Source: Mobula hypostoma (taxonomy: Eukaryota). Taken from it: a stretch of DNA of 64,000 nt. The translations under genes and the position numbers were made by a program. The stretch is from NCBI RefSeq assembly GCF_963921235.1, contig NC_086097.1:68264001-68328000 (forward strand). Direction: 5' to 3'. Shown in pieces: positions 21,428 through 35,413 of this stretch; within the stretch, counting starts at the first letter, position 1, and each line of letters opens with the position of its first letter. A model generated the notes under the pieces. That model did not search any database and was not told the DNA's origin. It saw only the letters and a list, made by a program, of their open reading frames with translations.

Positions 21428-22310
21428 AGAGAAGTACAGCAGAAGAACAGGTCCTCTAGGTCACAATGGCAGTACTGACCATGATGTTAATTTAAACTGC
21501 ACGTGGTTTCTATCCCTCCATATCCTACATTTACTTGTGTCTCCCTGACGCCTCTTAAAGACTGCTATTGTATCTGCTTCTACCACTTCCCTGGCAACAC
21601 ATTCCAGGCACTTCCAGTGTATATTAAAAAATAGTCCTGTAAATCTCCTGTAAACATCCCCCCTTTCACCTTAAATCTATGTTCCCAAATAGTTGACATC
21701 GGTAGCCTGGGAGAAAGACTCTGACTTTCTACCCTCTGAATGCCTCTCATAATTTTATATACTCCTATCAGAGCACCCTTCAGCCCCTGACTCTCCCCCA
21801 GAGAAAACAATTCATGTGTGTACAACCTCTCCTTTATGCTAATACTCTCTGATCCAAACAACATCATGATAACCCCTTCAACACCCTTCTTAAAGCTTCC
21901 ATATACCTCCCATAATGGGACAAACAGAACTGCACAAAATACTTCAAATGTGACCTAACAAAAGTTTTACACAGCTGCGACATCATTTCCTTACTTCTGT
22001 GCTCAGTGCCCCAACCAATGAAAGCCAGTCTTCTTTAGCACCGTATCTACTTGTGTTTCCACTTTCAGGGAACTATGGACTTGCAGCCCAAGATTCCTCT
22101 ATGCATCAATATTCTGAAGGGTCCTGCCATTTAATGTATACTTTCCCTCTTGCATTTGATCTCCCAGAATGGATCACCTCACCACATTTGTCTGGATGAA
22201 ATTCCACTTGCTATATGTATACCCATATTTTCAATGTTCATATCCTGTGGAACCTTTCAACAAACTTCCTCACTATCTACAAATCTGCAAAATGTCTGTG
22301 TCATCTGAAA
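21428..22310 (-). mobile_element. CR1 LINE 3' part
   Basis: ERLYTHELFSLG...GALIGVYKIMRGIQRVESQSL...AWNVLP plus 3' UTR. Approximate. Confidence 0.85.
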
Positions 22311-23605
22311 ACATACAAAGCAACCCAACTACTTCTTAATCCAAATCATGTGATTACTTGGGTGTTTGACTGTGTATTCATGTACCATTATTTATATATT
22401 GCATGCAAGTATTTAAAAGAAAGCACCCCAACACAATCAAAGTTGTTTAGAAGCTAATACATTAGTTTTGAAGTGGAAAGTTAAATGACATTCATTAAAA
22501 TTCTAGAAACATAAGATGAAATGAGTGGATAGTTAAATACTTTTTGATGATGTTGCTCAATGTACAGGGATAACTTTCTGCTTTTCTGCAACAATCTATC
22601 TGCACAGCTGGAGAGAACATCGATGTAGCAAATCATAAAGATAGTACAAATGGCAATGCACCACAACTACTGAACTGGAAATCCCATGAAAATGATAATC
22701 AATGGGGACAAAAAAAAGAAATATCTATTCAAACCAGTTACCCAATAAATAAATTAGCAACAAAGCTTTGTCAGCTGCAATATGCTGGTAGCACCAGTTT
22801 AGTGAAAGTCTGCTCTGGGCAATGCAACTGTCAAAATCGACGAGTGAAATCTTGATGGAATGTGGCAGTAACAGAATACTGCACATCGTAAATCCATATT
22901 TATTTTGCTAAACATAATAACCTGTTTCATATTCTGGGTCTGCAATATATTCACAAGCCATTTACATTGTTCTGACATCTAATCAGTGGTGATATTATAA
23001 AGTTGCTGAATACTGCTTAAAATCTGATCTTAATCGGCTATTACCATTTCTTCACAGTAACTTCCACTTAGTCTACACAATTTTGTTCAGATTTAATAAG
23101 GTAAAGATGTGACATCAAATACAAGCAAAGATAAAACAAAGTACTTCTGCCCTTATTAGATCAATTACTGAAGTCACTACTTTTTGCAGTTGTTGGTAGC
23201 TACTTCTACCAGCTGTAAATAATGTACATTTACAACACACATGGTAAAGTGGAGATCTGCAGTTCAGTGTAGAGTTTGATTATTTGACTACTGACATTGT
23301 ATTGTTCTTTAGTGGAGTTGGAAATCTAGCAGGACATCATTTTCTGACATAGATCAAGGGGCTACTCTATTTAATTTGTATCATCCCTGATAGTCCATAG
23401 CTGACTGTCAGCTATGTCAAAGGTCTTTGAGACAATGGAGCCAGTAACTTTTTTTTATCAGCTTTGTTAACGAATCAGAAGAATTATCCCTTGGATGGAA
23501 AATTCTTCTATGAGCTGAACAGCCAGAATACTCCACCCTCAGTTTTGACATTCCTTAAAGTTGTCAAGGATTTTCAACGCTTAGCATTTTCACAAACCAA
23601 GTAGT

Positions 23606-23905
23606 TTCAAGTTCAAGTTTGTCATCGACTGCACAAATATACAACCAAACAAAACACCAGTCCTCCAGATGCAAAGTGTGCACAGCAGATAAAACAAAAT
23701 ATTAACACAAATACTGTATTAAAATTCAAAGTCTACATAGTGCACAGCACAGGTAAACAGTGAACAATAAATAGCTTGCTTTTTTAGTGATGAGATCTCA
23801 CTGGTGGCAGGATATTCATTAGTCTCACAGCCTGAGGGCATAAACTGTTACCTAGTCTGGCAATCCTAGTCCTGATGCCCCTGTACCTCCTTTGAGATAG
23901 TAGTG
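23606..23905 (-). mobile_element. Rex1/Babar LINE 3' end
   Basis: ttcaagttcaag tail; reverse strand gives RRYRGIRTRIARLGNSLCPQAVRLMN. Confidence 0.8.
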
Positions 23906-24837
23906 ACAGTAGTTTAACTTATTAAGTACTCAGCTAAAAACAAACTTCAGATCATGGACAAAAATTTCTGACCAACTGAAAAGTAACACATAAATGAGAG
24001 AAATATTATAGTAACTGCAATGTTTATATCTGTATATACTGATGTTAAATAAAAAGTATTAGGAACCAGTAAAATGAAAAACAAAGTGAAAATATTAATC
24101 TTTATTTGCTTTGATTATAAAATTAAACAGTTTTAGTTAGTTCAAGCACATCATTCATACATTCAATGAAGGTTACAATTTCAACTACCATTACAAAACA
24201 AATTTGACACGAATTTCTTAAGTGTTTACAGGCAGTGATTCCTTGTTCTTCCAAAGGCTACATTGTTTTGTGGCCTTCTTTCATGAACCTGCAGACATCA
24301 ATGAACTAGTACCAAGTTAAGATATCAACAGAGTATACACACTGGAGCCTTCAGATGCAACGTCTTGTTACATGAAGCGCAATTGAGTTGATAATGTCAA
24401 ACTAAGATTTATTTGTCCTCTAAGCACACAAAGAAATGGTGTAAGCAAAGATGAAGCTTTGCTTAACCGGGGGACAATGAAAGTCAGCAAAAAAGGACGT
24501 TTTGAGTTTGGAGATGCAAGGCAGGCTTTCCGATGACTTTGAGGTAATAGAGGAAAGAAGGTATAAATGGACAAGGATTACTTTGAAATAGTTCAGCTAA
24601 CTGATGCCACAAAGGTAGAGATAAATGATCTTGGTAACAGCATGGATTTATGGCTGGAACCTCATGTCTGAAACAAACTTAACACCAAGGTGTGAGCTGT
24701 CCAACTCAGTTTCAGAACAATACAAAGGAAAAAGATAGAGCAGGTTGCATTAAAATGGAGCTTGTCCTGGGAACTGAAGCTAATACTTTCAGCTTGAAAT
24801 TTTAGTGTTCTGCAAGAATTTTATATACAACTTTATT

Positions 24838-26190
24838 GTTCAAAATCCAATGTAAATTTGCTATTAAATTACATATATATTGCCATATTCCATCTTCACA
24901 TTAATTTCTTTCGTGCATTTACTGCAAAAAAATAAATACAATAGAATTATACTAAAACTATACATACGATAAACAAGACTGACAAGCAACCAAAGTGCAA
25001 AAGAAACAAAATGTGAAAATAAAAATAATAATGAGAAAATTAGCTGGAAAGAGTCTGTGGAAGTGTATCAGTAAATCATAGAATCAGTTCAGAGTAGAGG
25101 TGAATGAAGTTATCCATGCCAGTTCAGGAGCCCAGTGGTTGTAAGATAATAACTACTCCTGAACGTGGTGGCCTGTGTCCTAAGGTTTCTGTACCTCCTA
25201 CCCAATGATCATTGTGAGAAGAGGGCAAGGCCTGGATAATGGGGGTAATGCTGAGAAGGGTTTCACTGTGATGGACTGGGTTGCATCCGTCTCTCTCTGA
25301 GGCCTTTTCTGTACCTGGGCATTGGTGTTTTCAGACCAAGTCATAATGCAACCAGTCACTGCACCTCTATAGAAATTTGTCAAATTTTAGGTGACATGCT
25401 GAATCTTCGTAAGCCTTTAAGAAAGTAGAGGAATTGCTGTGCCTTCTTTGTGATGACACTTATATGTTGGTCTCAGGAAATATCCTCTGAAATGTTGGTA
25501 CTAAGGAATTTAAAGTTACTGACCTTCTCCACCTCTGATTCCCTAATGAGGGCTGGCTCGTGGATCTCTGGCTTCTCCCACCTGTGGTCAATAATCACCT
25601 CTTTGGTTTTGTGACAATGAGTGAGAGGTTGTTGTTGTGACACCATTTAACCAGATTTTCTGACTCCCTCCTATATGCCACTTCATCACTACCTTTGATT
25701 TGACCAACAACAGTGGTGTTGTCAGCAAACTTAAATGGCATTGGAACACACCATCATAATTATAAAGTGAGTAGAGCAGGGGATTGAGTACACAGCACTG
25801 TGGATCACCTGTGCTGATGGGTGTGGAGGAGATATTGTTGCTAACCATACTAACTACAGTCTGCCAGTGTGGAAATCGAGGGTCCAGCTGCATACGGAGG
25901 TAGTCGGGCCCAGGTCTTAGAGTTTGGTGATGAGTTTTCAGGGGCTGATGGTGTTGAATGCTGAGCTGTAGTCAATGAAATGTACATATCTTCGTTGTCC
26001 AGGTGTTCCAGCGCTGAACGACAAACCAATGGAATGGCATATACTGTTGACTTGATGTGACATCAGGTAAATTGGAGCATAACCAGGTCACTCATCAGGC
26101 AGGAGTTGAAATACATCATGACTAACCTCTTGAAGTATTTCATCATGGTGGATGTAAGTGCTACTGGACGATAGTCACTGAGGCAGCTCA
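24838..26190 (-). mobile_element. Rex1/Babar LINE RT to 3' end
   Basis: YRPVALTSTMMKYFKRL, FIDYSSAFNTI, STGDPQCCVLNPLLYSLY, C-terminus and UTR. Confidence 0.9.
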
Positions 26191-26979
26191 CTAAACTTGA
26201 TAGTTGGTAGGGAAAAATAGCCTTCAATTAGATGGTAAAATTCATTTTGATTCTTTGGGTGTGAGTCAGGCTACTGCAAGGAGGTATTAAGTGCACAGTT
26301 AAATCAATCAGCATGAAATTCATATTTGACATGCTGCTGCATTAACTTGCATATGTAATGAGGGCAATTTGTTGGCGTGTGACAAAAGGAGCAGATCTTA
26401 ATGCAAGGGTGAAGACCTCCCCCAGAATTAATTTAAGGCCCTGTCCTTAACTGGCCTCCTAAAGGAAATCCATAATAAAATAAGCCATGGAATAATCATT
26501 AGTGTTACAATAGGGTCTTCTCTCTCAGGCAAGGGAATAACCAAATTAATTATTGCCCCCTGTGCCTGCTTCTGAAGGCACATAGTCTGTTTTTGAGATC
26601 TGTGATGCAGCCATCCAGCACTCCTCCATTTGAAGACAAAACTCCCCAAGTTGGCCTTAGTGCTTGAAGCATCAGATCAAATTGTAAAGTTTCCACTTCT
26701 CATGTGATTTAGTACACAAAACACATTTTCCTGATTGCAGTTGGAAGGTATCTCAAGATTTGCAAAATTAACACATCAGATGCAAAATGAGTAACACACA
26801 CAAGAGAACTCATTAGCACACTAATAGTTTTCCAGGAGCAGTCAGAAATTACAATGAAAGTATATTCCAATGGCTGCAGTTTTGAATGAAATTCTAACAG
26901 TTAGGTTGGTCAAACAGTATTTTATGACAGCCAGTTACTTCCAAACCATGCAGCTATTGTGATGTCCATGCTTCTTTTG

Positions 26980-27270
26980 AACATTTAAGAAGGCCATTCC
27001 GCTAGTCAGGTCTATCACAACTCACAGAGTAGTTCAATTCCCTCACTATATTTCCCTAAAACCAATTCTCTCCATATTCGCATCCGACTGCACAAAAAGC
27101 ACAATTTATTGGCCGAGTAACTGACCAGTCCTCACAGTCTTTGGCATGTGGGAGAAAACCTAATTTCCCAGAGGAAATCTATGTGGCTGTACAAGCAGTA
27201 CCAGAGACTAGAACAGAATCCAGGTTGCAAGATGGGCAGGGCAGTAATTCTTCCAGCAGCACCACTATTC
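26980..27270 (-). mobile_element. Degenerate V-SINE-like element
   Basis: tctttggcatgtgggagaaaacc...ccagaggaaatctatgtgg is homologous to 18050-18110. Confidence 0.6.
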
Positions 27271-29184
27271 TGAGTACCAATTTTCAGTAGGTAGCATCCA
27301 TCTGATCAGATTGTTACAGTTTAACAATAAAGTTAATTAATCAGCTGTATTTGTTACATCAAATGAAAAAAAGCATACTGCAAAAAGAAAAATTAAAACA
27401 ATTCATAAATTATTCCATCTAAAATTGAAAAGGAGACTTAAATTTTAAGTTTGAAATGCTAATGATACTTTTAATTTGGGGCAAGCACAGGCAAAACAAA
27501 ATTATGATAGCAACAGACATAATGATTGAGAACTCATGTTCATTGCTTTATAACCAAATGACCTCAAGCTTCTTAACAGACAGTGCACTTGATACCCAAC
27601 CTGTAAAATTCACCTATGCGCACACATCAGAGCTTTCACCTGCCTATAGGCCACATCATTTCCAGCTATACAAAACATTCATACTTGACTGGATGGAAAG
27701 TCATTGCTGTAAGAACCATTAATACTTTATCAATTATGACAGAATGATTACCAACAACCTCCATAACCCGTAAAGCATGCCAAAGTCTGAAAAATGTCCA
27801 AATTTAAGACAATCAACAGGATAAATTTGAAGAACAATTATCACATTACAAAACCATCACATTATTAATTTTTCAACACCGTTAAACTTTCTCAATGTTA
27901 AGAATTTTTGCATCTAATTCCTCAGTGATAGCAGAATCTGGTGGTTGCACAATAACAATGAAAATATATTAAAGGAGGATAATCACAATTTACGTATTAC
28001 AGATAATTTAACACAAGTTTCCTTTATTTCTAAATAATCTTGCTGCAGTATCTTGGGCTACATCTATCCGTTACACCCAAAGCACTTACGGAGATTGTGG
28101 CCTGCAGTGATGTTAAAGTTACAGACTTTGTCCAACGAGAGATCATTACTCTATGTTTAATTTTCAGATTTAAGCCACCATCAGAAAGAGAGGTTGCAAT
28201 GAAAAAAGTGTTAATTGCAGGAAATGCTGTGACCATACTCAAACTTTTGTTGTAAACAGAACCTTTTCATTTATACTTTCCTCACGGCCTTTCATTGATA
28301 TTTTTTTAAATCTAAATTTGGTGATCTTCAGCCTTTAAAAGTAAACAATGCACCTATTCATTTCAATATTTTGATGAGAAATGAATACATATTCTATAAG
28401 TAAAAACATAAATATGAAGGACCATTAAAATAATGCAACAAAGTAATGAATTAATTAATTTTTCAGAGGAGGTGTTTATTTCAGCTTCTGATCAAGTTCT
28501 ATATTTAAATGCTATTTACGTGATCTTATTCGCAGTGAGATGCTTCACAAGTCTGTTTCTAAATCAACTGGACACTGCAAACATATCTCCCAAAGTCTGG
28601 GCTGAAATCAGCAGTGTTTTCAGAAAATTTATCTACTGAGAAACTGACTCTTTAGTGGTTCTTCTGTACTCAGGGCTGTCTCCAACCTTCCTATTCAGAT
28701 GGTTCCCTCCTATTCCTCAGCAATTTCTGCTTCATTGGAGGATGACCTTTCTTTTAAATATTAATGAAGGTATTATATGTTGAGGGTGGGGGCAGGGGAA
28801 TGATGGAGAGCAGCTGCCAATATGTGTCTGTGGGGGTAGTTTGAGAGATAGGAAAGGGAGTGTAGGAGGAGGCAGAAAGTATTGAGATTAAAGAACAATA
28901 TTTATAGTGCGGGAGCTTTCACCTTAATATATCCAGTGATATCATGAGATTTTTTTGCTGCTATAAATAGGTTCTCCCTCTGGCATGTATTTCATTCATT
29001 AGCACATCAAAGCCTCTTAGAGAAGTGTTGTGCTCTCTCCATTCCTTACCAAGCCTGTCTGTCTTCCAGGTGTAAGTTTCTGCTGTCAGGCTGCTATAAG
29101 GAAATCACCTTTAAGGGCTAATACCCTTCTTTGATTGCTGCAGAGCAGAAGGACAGCAAATGCAGTAAACTGGACCTTATTTTG

Positions 29185-30323
29185 CACATCTGCTCTCACC
29201 CCATCCTCCCGCCACCCCACTAGGGATAGGGTTCCCCTTGTTCTCACCTACCACCCCACCGGCCTCCGGGTCTAACATATAATTCTCCGTAACTTCCGCC
29301 ACCTCCAACGGGGTCCCACCACTAAGCACGTCTTTCCCTCCCCCACTTTCTGCTTTCTGCAGGGATCGCTCCCTATGTGACTCCCTTGTCCGTTCATCCC
29401 CCCAATCCCTCCCCACCGATCTCCCTCCAGGCACTTATCCTTGTAAGCGGAACAAGTGCTACACATGCCCTTACACTTCCTCCCTCACCACCATTCAGGG
29501 CCCCAGACAGTCCTTCCAGGTGAGGCGACACTTCACCTGTGAGTCGGCTGGGGTGATATACTGCGTCCGGTGCTCCCGATGTGGCCTTCTGTATATTGGC
29601 GAGACCCGACGCAGACTGGGAGACCGTTTCGCTGAACACCTACGCTCTGTCCACCAGAGAAAGCAGGAACTCTCAGTGGCCACACATTTTAATTCCACGT
29701 CCCATTCCCACTCTGATATGTCTATCCATGGCCTCCTCTACAGTCAAGATGAAGCCACACTCAAGTTAGAGGAACAGCACCTTATATTCCATCTGGGTAG
29801 CCTCCAACCTGATGGCATGAACATTGACTTCTCTAACTTCCGTTAATGCCCCCCCTCCCATTCTTACCCCATCCCTTATTTAATTAATTTGTTTATTTAT
29901 TATTTTTTCCCTTTTTTTGCTCTCTCTCTTTTTTCTCTCTCTGTCCTTCTCACAGTTACTACTTGCCTGCTCTCCATCTTCCTCTGGTGCTCCCCTCTCC
30001 CTTTCTTTCTCCTTAGGCCTCCCGTCCCATGATCCTCTCCTTTCTCCAGCCTCGTATCCCTTTTGCCAATCAACTTTCCAGCTCTTAGCTCTATCCCTCG
30101 CCCCTCCTGTCTTCTCCTATCATTTCGGATCTCCCCCTCCCCCTCCCCCTCCCACTTTTAAATCTCTTATTATCTCTTGTTTCAGTTAGTCCTGCCGAAG
30201 GGTCTCGGCCCGAAAGGTCGACTGTGCTTCTTCCTATGGATGCTGTCTGGCCTGCTGCGTTCCACCAGCATTTTGTGTGTGTTGCTTGAATTTCCAGCAT
30301 CTAGAGATTTCCTCATGTTTGCA
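29185..30323 (+). mobile_element. Penelope-like element (Neptune-type Cys-rich linker), 5'-truncated, relatively young
   Basis: DRVPLVLTYHP...PGTYPCKRNKCYTCPY...FTCESAGVIYCVRCSRCGLLYIGETRRRLGDRFAEHLRSV...QPDGMNIDF-stop at 29846 (GIY-YIG); pyrimidine-rich UTR; terminal repeat; perfect 8-bp TSD ttattttg (29177-29184, 30324-30331). Confidence 0.95.
30183..30225 (+). ncRNA. Hammerhead ribozyme motif with mutated core
   Basis: agtc-CTGcCGA-agggtctcggccc-GAAAg-GTC-gact: stem I agtc/gact and stem II ggg/ccc. The core deviates from CTGANGA and GAAAC at two positions. Confidence 0.7.
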
Positions 30324-30724
30324 TTATTTTGTCAGGGTTTAAACTCGGGCAGAATCCTTACAGACTCACCTGCAATCACTTTCATAATCTCTTTGAATTA
30401 CCAACAGTAGTGTGAACACCGTTTGCAATGATATTTTAGAACAGAAAAAAAAGTGAAATCTAATTTTTAGCAGTTAACTCAGTGCAACATTTCATTGACA
30501 AATGAATTGAACAATTTTTTCCTAGTTTTCTGAGTACATAGATTTTCTGAATGTACACTCCCCTGTTATCTTTGATTTTGAATTTTTGTTCCACCTTTTA
30601 CAGACAATGTTCTGTTTTCCATCGGTAAAGAAACATGATTTTGGCTCTATCCTTCCCTTAAATATTGAAGTCCTTTTCCTTATCAATCGATATTTGAATA
30701 TGAAGAATTTGCGGGCTTTCATAA

Positions 30725-31912
30725 TATAAACTATGTCAGGATTCTGTTCATTGACTATAGCTCAGCATTGAACGCCATCATTCCTAGAGTTCTGTTCGAA
30801 AAGCCACCGAACCTGGACCTCTCTATCTTCCTCTGCAATTGATCCTCGACTTCCTAACTGAAAGATCACAATCTATGCGGATTGGTAATATCATCTCATC
30901 TCGCTGACGATCAACACTGACACATCTCAGGGATGCGTGCTTAGCCCACTCCTCTGTTTTCTCTGTATTTATGACTGTGTGGCTAGGCATAGCTCAAATG
31001 CTATTTATACATTTGCTGATGAAACAACCATTGTTGGCAGAATCTCAGATGAAGATGAGAAGGCGAAGAGGAGTGAGTTATACCAGCTACTTGAGTGATG
31101 TCGCAGCAACAACCTTGTACTCAACATCAGTAAGACCAAAGAGCTGATTGTGGACTTCAAAAACAGTATGATGAGGGAACATGAACCAATACTCATAGAG
31201 GGATCAGAAGTGGAGAGAGTGAGCAATTTCAAGTTCCTGTATGTCAATATTTCCGAGGATCTAACCAGGTCCCAACATACCAATGCAGCTATAAAGAAGA
31301 AAGACAGTGGCTGCATTTCATCAGGAGTTTGAGGAGGTTGGGTTTGTCACCAAAAACACTCAAAAACTTTTTGAGATGTACCTTGGAATTCATTTTGACG
31401 GGTTGCATCACCGTCTGGTAAGTGGGGGGGGGTGTGGGGTTTACCGCACAGAATCAAAAGAAGTTGCAGTAAGTTGTAAAATTAGTCAGCTCTGTCTTGG
31501 GTATCAGCCTCCATAATACCCAAGACATCTTCAAGGAGTGGTGCCTCAGAAAGGTGGTGTCTATTATTAAGGACCCCCATCACCCAGGACATGTCCTCTT
31601 CTCATTGTTATCATCAGAAAGGAGGTACGGAGGCACACACTCAGTGATTTAGGGACAGCTTCTTCCCCTCTGCCATCTGATTCCTAAATGGACATTGAAC
31701 CCATGAACACTACCTCACTTTTTTACTATTTCTGTTTTGCACTATATATATATATATATATATATAAATATATATATACACACATACACACATACATATA
31801 TATACTCACTATAACTGATTTTCTTCCCTATATTTATCATGTACTGCTACCACTAAGTAAACAAATTTCACAACATATGCTGGTGATATTAAACCTGGTT
31901 CTGATTCTGATA
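30725..31912 (+). mobile_element. Rex1/Babar LINE RT to 3' end
   Basis: YVRILFIDYSSALNAI, SQGCVLSPLL, YTFADETT, KTKELIVDF..VERVSNFKFL; (ttctga)n tail near 31900. Confidence 0.92.
31744..31803. repeat. (TA)n/(CA)n microsatellite in the LINE 3' UTR
   Basis: Read directly from the sequence. Confidence 0.9.
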
Positions 31913-33039
31913 ATCAGCATCATTTACATGGGCAAAATCTCTTCCACTGTTAATTCATACCACGTTGAAAGCATTGTTGCAATAGCCCTTTACAATGGCT
32001 TTCCACGTTAGAGAGAATTAACACTTCTATGGTTAACCCACTCTCCTTTTTAAATACCTGATTAGCAACCTGATTGACCAAAATCCACCTGGCACTCATT
32101 CCTTCCACCAACAGTGCAAAGTAGCTATTACATGCCTTCTCCAACAGCACATCCCAATTGTATGCCTTATAACACAGAGGAAAGTGTGTTTCCTTCCAAA
32201 TCAAATACTGGCTTAATTTTGAAATTAATCATCGTTCCATCATTGCTTCTAGGCTAAGCCCTGGCACTTCTGGTTGACAACACCATCATCAAAAGTAATG
32301 CAATATCTTAGGAAGACAATTCACCATCACTTTCTTAAGAACAATAATCATTGGCCTTGCCTGTGGTACATCCAATGTCATAAATATTCACTTCCTGGCT
32401 TAGGTTTGCTAGGATCGGTTTTCTAAACACCAGCAGCTGCCACTTGTAAGATCACAAACAGATGTAAGCAAACTTCCAACTAATATTGCTCTGTTTAACT
32501 TCTGGTTGTAAAATAGGAGTTAATCTTCAGTTCTTACAATGTAAATGGCAAGCAGTAACTAGTTTGAAGTTAAAACAATCATTGTTTATAGAGCAGCCAT
32601 GCAAACAAGCTCTGTTTATAGCACAGATGCTCTGTCTGTGAGAAGTATGATGCTAACTCACTAGACCTGCTTTATTGCTTGAGAGATGCAGTATCAGACA
32701 ATGGGTTGTTTAATTTGGCTTGTTTCAAACAGACAAGTTGACTCTTAAGTTATTTAGTTCAGGGAAGCTTGCAGACAAGATTGGAATAGTCATTTAGCAT
32801 ATCAAATAACTGATGCATTTATAGTTGGAAGGTTTATGTATTCAAAGCAGTTAGCTTCACAGCATTATTTAGAGGTAGCAGAGGGCTCTGCCTCCAAAAG
32901 ATGCTCATAGACCATTTGTGTTAAAAGGATATCTGACGAAATATCACATGTGTGTAAAGTCGCACAAGAGGAGAAGAAGAAAATAAATGTAAAAAGCAGT
33001 TCAGGCTTATTAGAAATGAATCTACTTCACATTCTTCAT

Positions 33040-34030
33040 CAGCACAGGAACACCACAGTGATGCGTGCTTAGCCCCCTGCTCTAATCACCTTACACCTAT
33101 GACTGTGTGGCTAAGTACTGCTCCAACACCATATACAAGTTTGTTAGTGACACTACTTTAATGGGCTGCATCAAAGGTGGTAATGAATCAGCATACAGGA
33201 GGGAGACGGAAATTTGTCTGAGTGGTGTAATAACAACAACCTCTCATTCAATGTCAATAAGACCAAGAAAGCGATTGTAAACTTCTGGAGAAGGAAACCA
33301 GAGGTCCATAAACCAGTAATTATCAGAGGATCAGAGATGAGGGGGGTCAGTAACTGTAAGTTCCTGGGTGTCACTATCTCAAAGAACTTGTCCTGGATTC
33401 ATCATATAAATATAATTGCAAGGAAAGCACAACAGCATCTCTGCTTCCTCAGGCATCTGAGGAAATTCGGCTTGTTATCAAAAACCTTGGCAATCTTCTG
33501 TAGATGTGTGGTGGAAAGTGTGCAGACTGGCAGCATTACAGCCTGGTATGCAAACACCAATGCCTTTGAGTGGAAAATCTGACCAAAGGTAGTGGATTCG
33601 GCCCAGTACATCACAGGTAAAACTCTCCCAATTATTGAGCACATCTGCATGAAACATTGCTGTAGGAAAGCAGTATCCACGATCAAAGATCCTCACTCAG
33701 GCCATGATCTGTTCTCGCTCCTGTCATGAGGTAAAAGGTACAAGTGCCTCAGGACTCTCACCACCAGGTTCGAGAACAGTTACTACTGCTCAGCCATAAG
33801 GCTCTTGAACAAAAGGGAATAACTACACTCATTTAAGGACTCTTTTATCTTGTTATTTCATGCTCATTATTCATTGTTATTTATTTATATCTGCATTTGC
33901 ACAGTTGTCCATTGTTTACAGTTATTGTTCTACGGACTTGCTAATTATACCCGCAGAAAAAGTATCTCAGGGTTATGTATGGTGACATGTATGTACTCTG
34001 ATAATAAATTTTACTTTGATCTTTGATCTT
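33040..34030 (+). mobile_element. Rex1/Babar LINE RT to 3' end
   Basis: EWCNNNNLSFNVNKTKKAIVNF...KFLGVTISKNLSW..KAQQHLCFLRHLRKFGL; (ctttga)n tail. Confidence 0.92.
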
Positions 34031-35329
34031 TAGAAACATCAAGAAACATGAAAGAAACATGGGGATATAGTAGAATTACTTCCTCTTGCTTCAGTTTCTG
34101 AAATGGACGGTTTGCTCATTTGTAACTCATTAGTGTGTTGTTTTAGTCTATAGCAATGTACCTGCATTTTGGAAAACCTTTGTCATGTGTGCCTTGTGGT
34201 TTGTGTTTTAGAAATGGTTTGTCATTTGAAAATGGTTAAGGTAGAGATTCTCTGTGAGTTTTAAAAGTGTTGTAAGAGTGTTTCTTGGATTTAAAGACAT
34301 ATCACAAAAAATAGATGAACCGTGTCTTAAGCTACCTTGTTAGATGGAAGTATCTTTTCCTTGGTAGGGAGAGGGGACCCATCACACGAATAGAGAGTAT
34401 TGGCAGCTAATCTCACTGTGGAGAATAAACTAGTCTTTGAAGATTGGGTAGTTGCAGTATAATCTCCTTTTAATGAGAGTTATTGTGGCTATTTATATCC
34501 GATCGGGCTTAAGGTCTTTGAGTTTAGAACTTTGTGGTCAGCAAACCCAATACCATCACACCCATAAATGAATAAAAAAAATTTGATAATTATTACCCAT
34601 CAGACTTCTGGACTCCCTCTCCTCATGTATGCTGTCTGGTATGGCAGAATGGATTTATGCAAATTATGTGCTATTAACATATGCTGTCAATTATAATAGC
34701 AATGCATTATTTTGTTAGTCAATGGAGTATTCAATTTTCTCAGGATACTGTAAATACATATATTAATGTATATTAATATATAATTTAAAGAAGATTGGTT
34801 GTCTTTTATCACTGTTGATGCACCTATCTTAAGCATTCCTCTCCTATCTGTAACTTCCAACATTTTTTTTGTGTCTCTGTAAATGTGGCCTGAATCATTG
34901 CCCCAAAGGAATCTCTTTCAAATAAAAAATTGTGCTTTTTTAAAATTGTGTTCCATTTGCTGAGGATTTTCCCATGAACATTTATGCTTCACATTAAATA
35001 AAAACAGTTCAAGTGATATAGAATAAGCCACATAAAGCTATATACCTGTGATTTTTTGTGAGATAAAGATGTAAGAATGTTAATATTCCTTTGGCAAAAT
35101 ATGATCTACATGTCAGTGTTTGTTGATATTGCTAATCTAATGGAATTTTTATTATTAGTGATATACTGTGTAGGTACAAGGCTAAAATCCATAGCAATAA
35201 AAAATTCTAATGAACCAAATGGAAGGCTATGAACTAAAACTTAAGCATGTGAAGACTAGTTGAATATTTTCTTTTATTATATGGAGAATTCCAATACGAG
35301 AGCAAATATTTATAAAGTATAAATATTAT

Positions 35330-35413
35330 AGGACTAGGTGAGAGTAAGAGTTCGGCACGGACTAGGAGGGCCAAGATGGCCTGTTTCCATGCTGTAATTG
35401 TTATATGGTTATA
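35330..35413 (+). mobile_element. Very short CR1 3' tail
   Basis: ggactagg...gttcggcacggactaggagggcc...ggcctgtttccatgctgtaattgttatatggttata, homologous to 57050-57130. Confidence 0.75.

Noticed and set aside
28030..28639. Short ORFs in non-repeat DNA as host exons
   Set aside because: No recognisable domain and no convincing acceptor/donor pair.
30370..30722. Minus-strand exon ending at a gcag/gtgagt donor near 30376, and the nearby Lys-rich ORF
   Set aside because: No suitable AG acceptor after the pyrimidine tract, and the peptides are unrecognisable.
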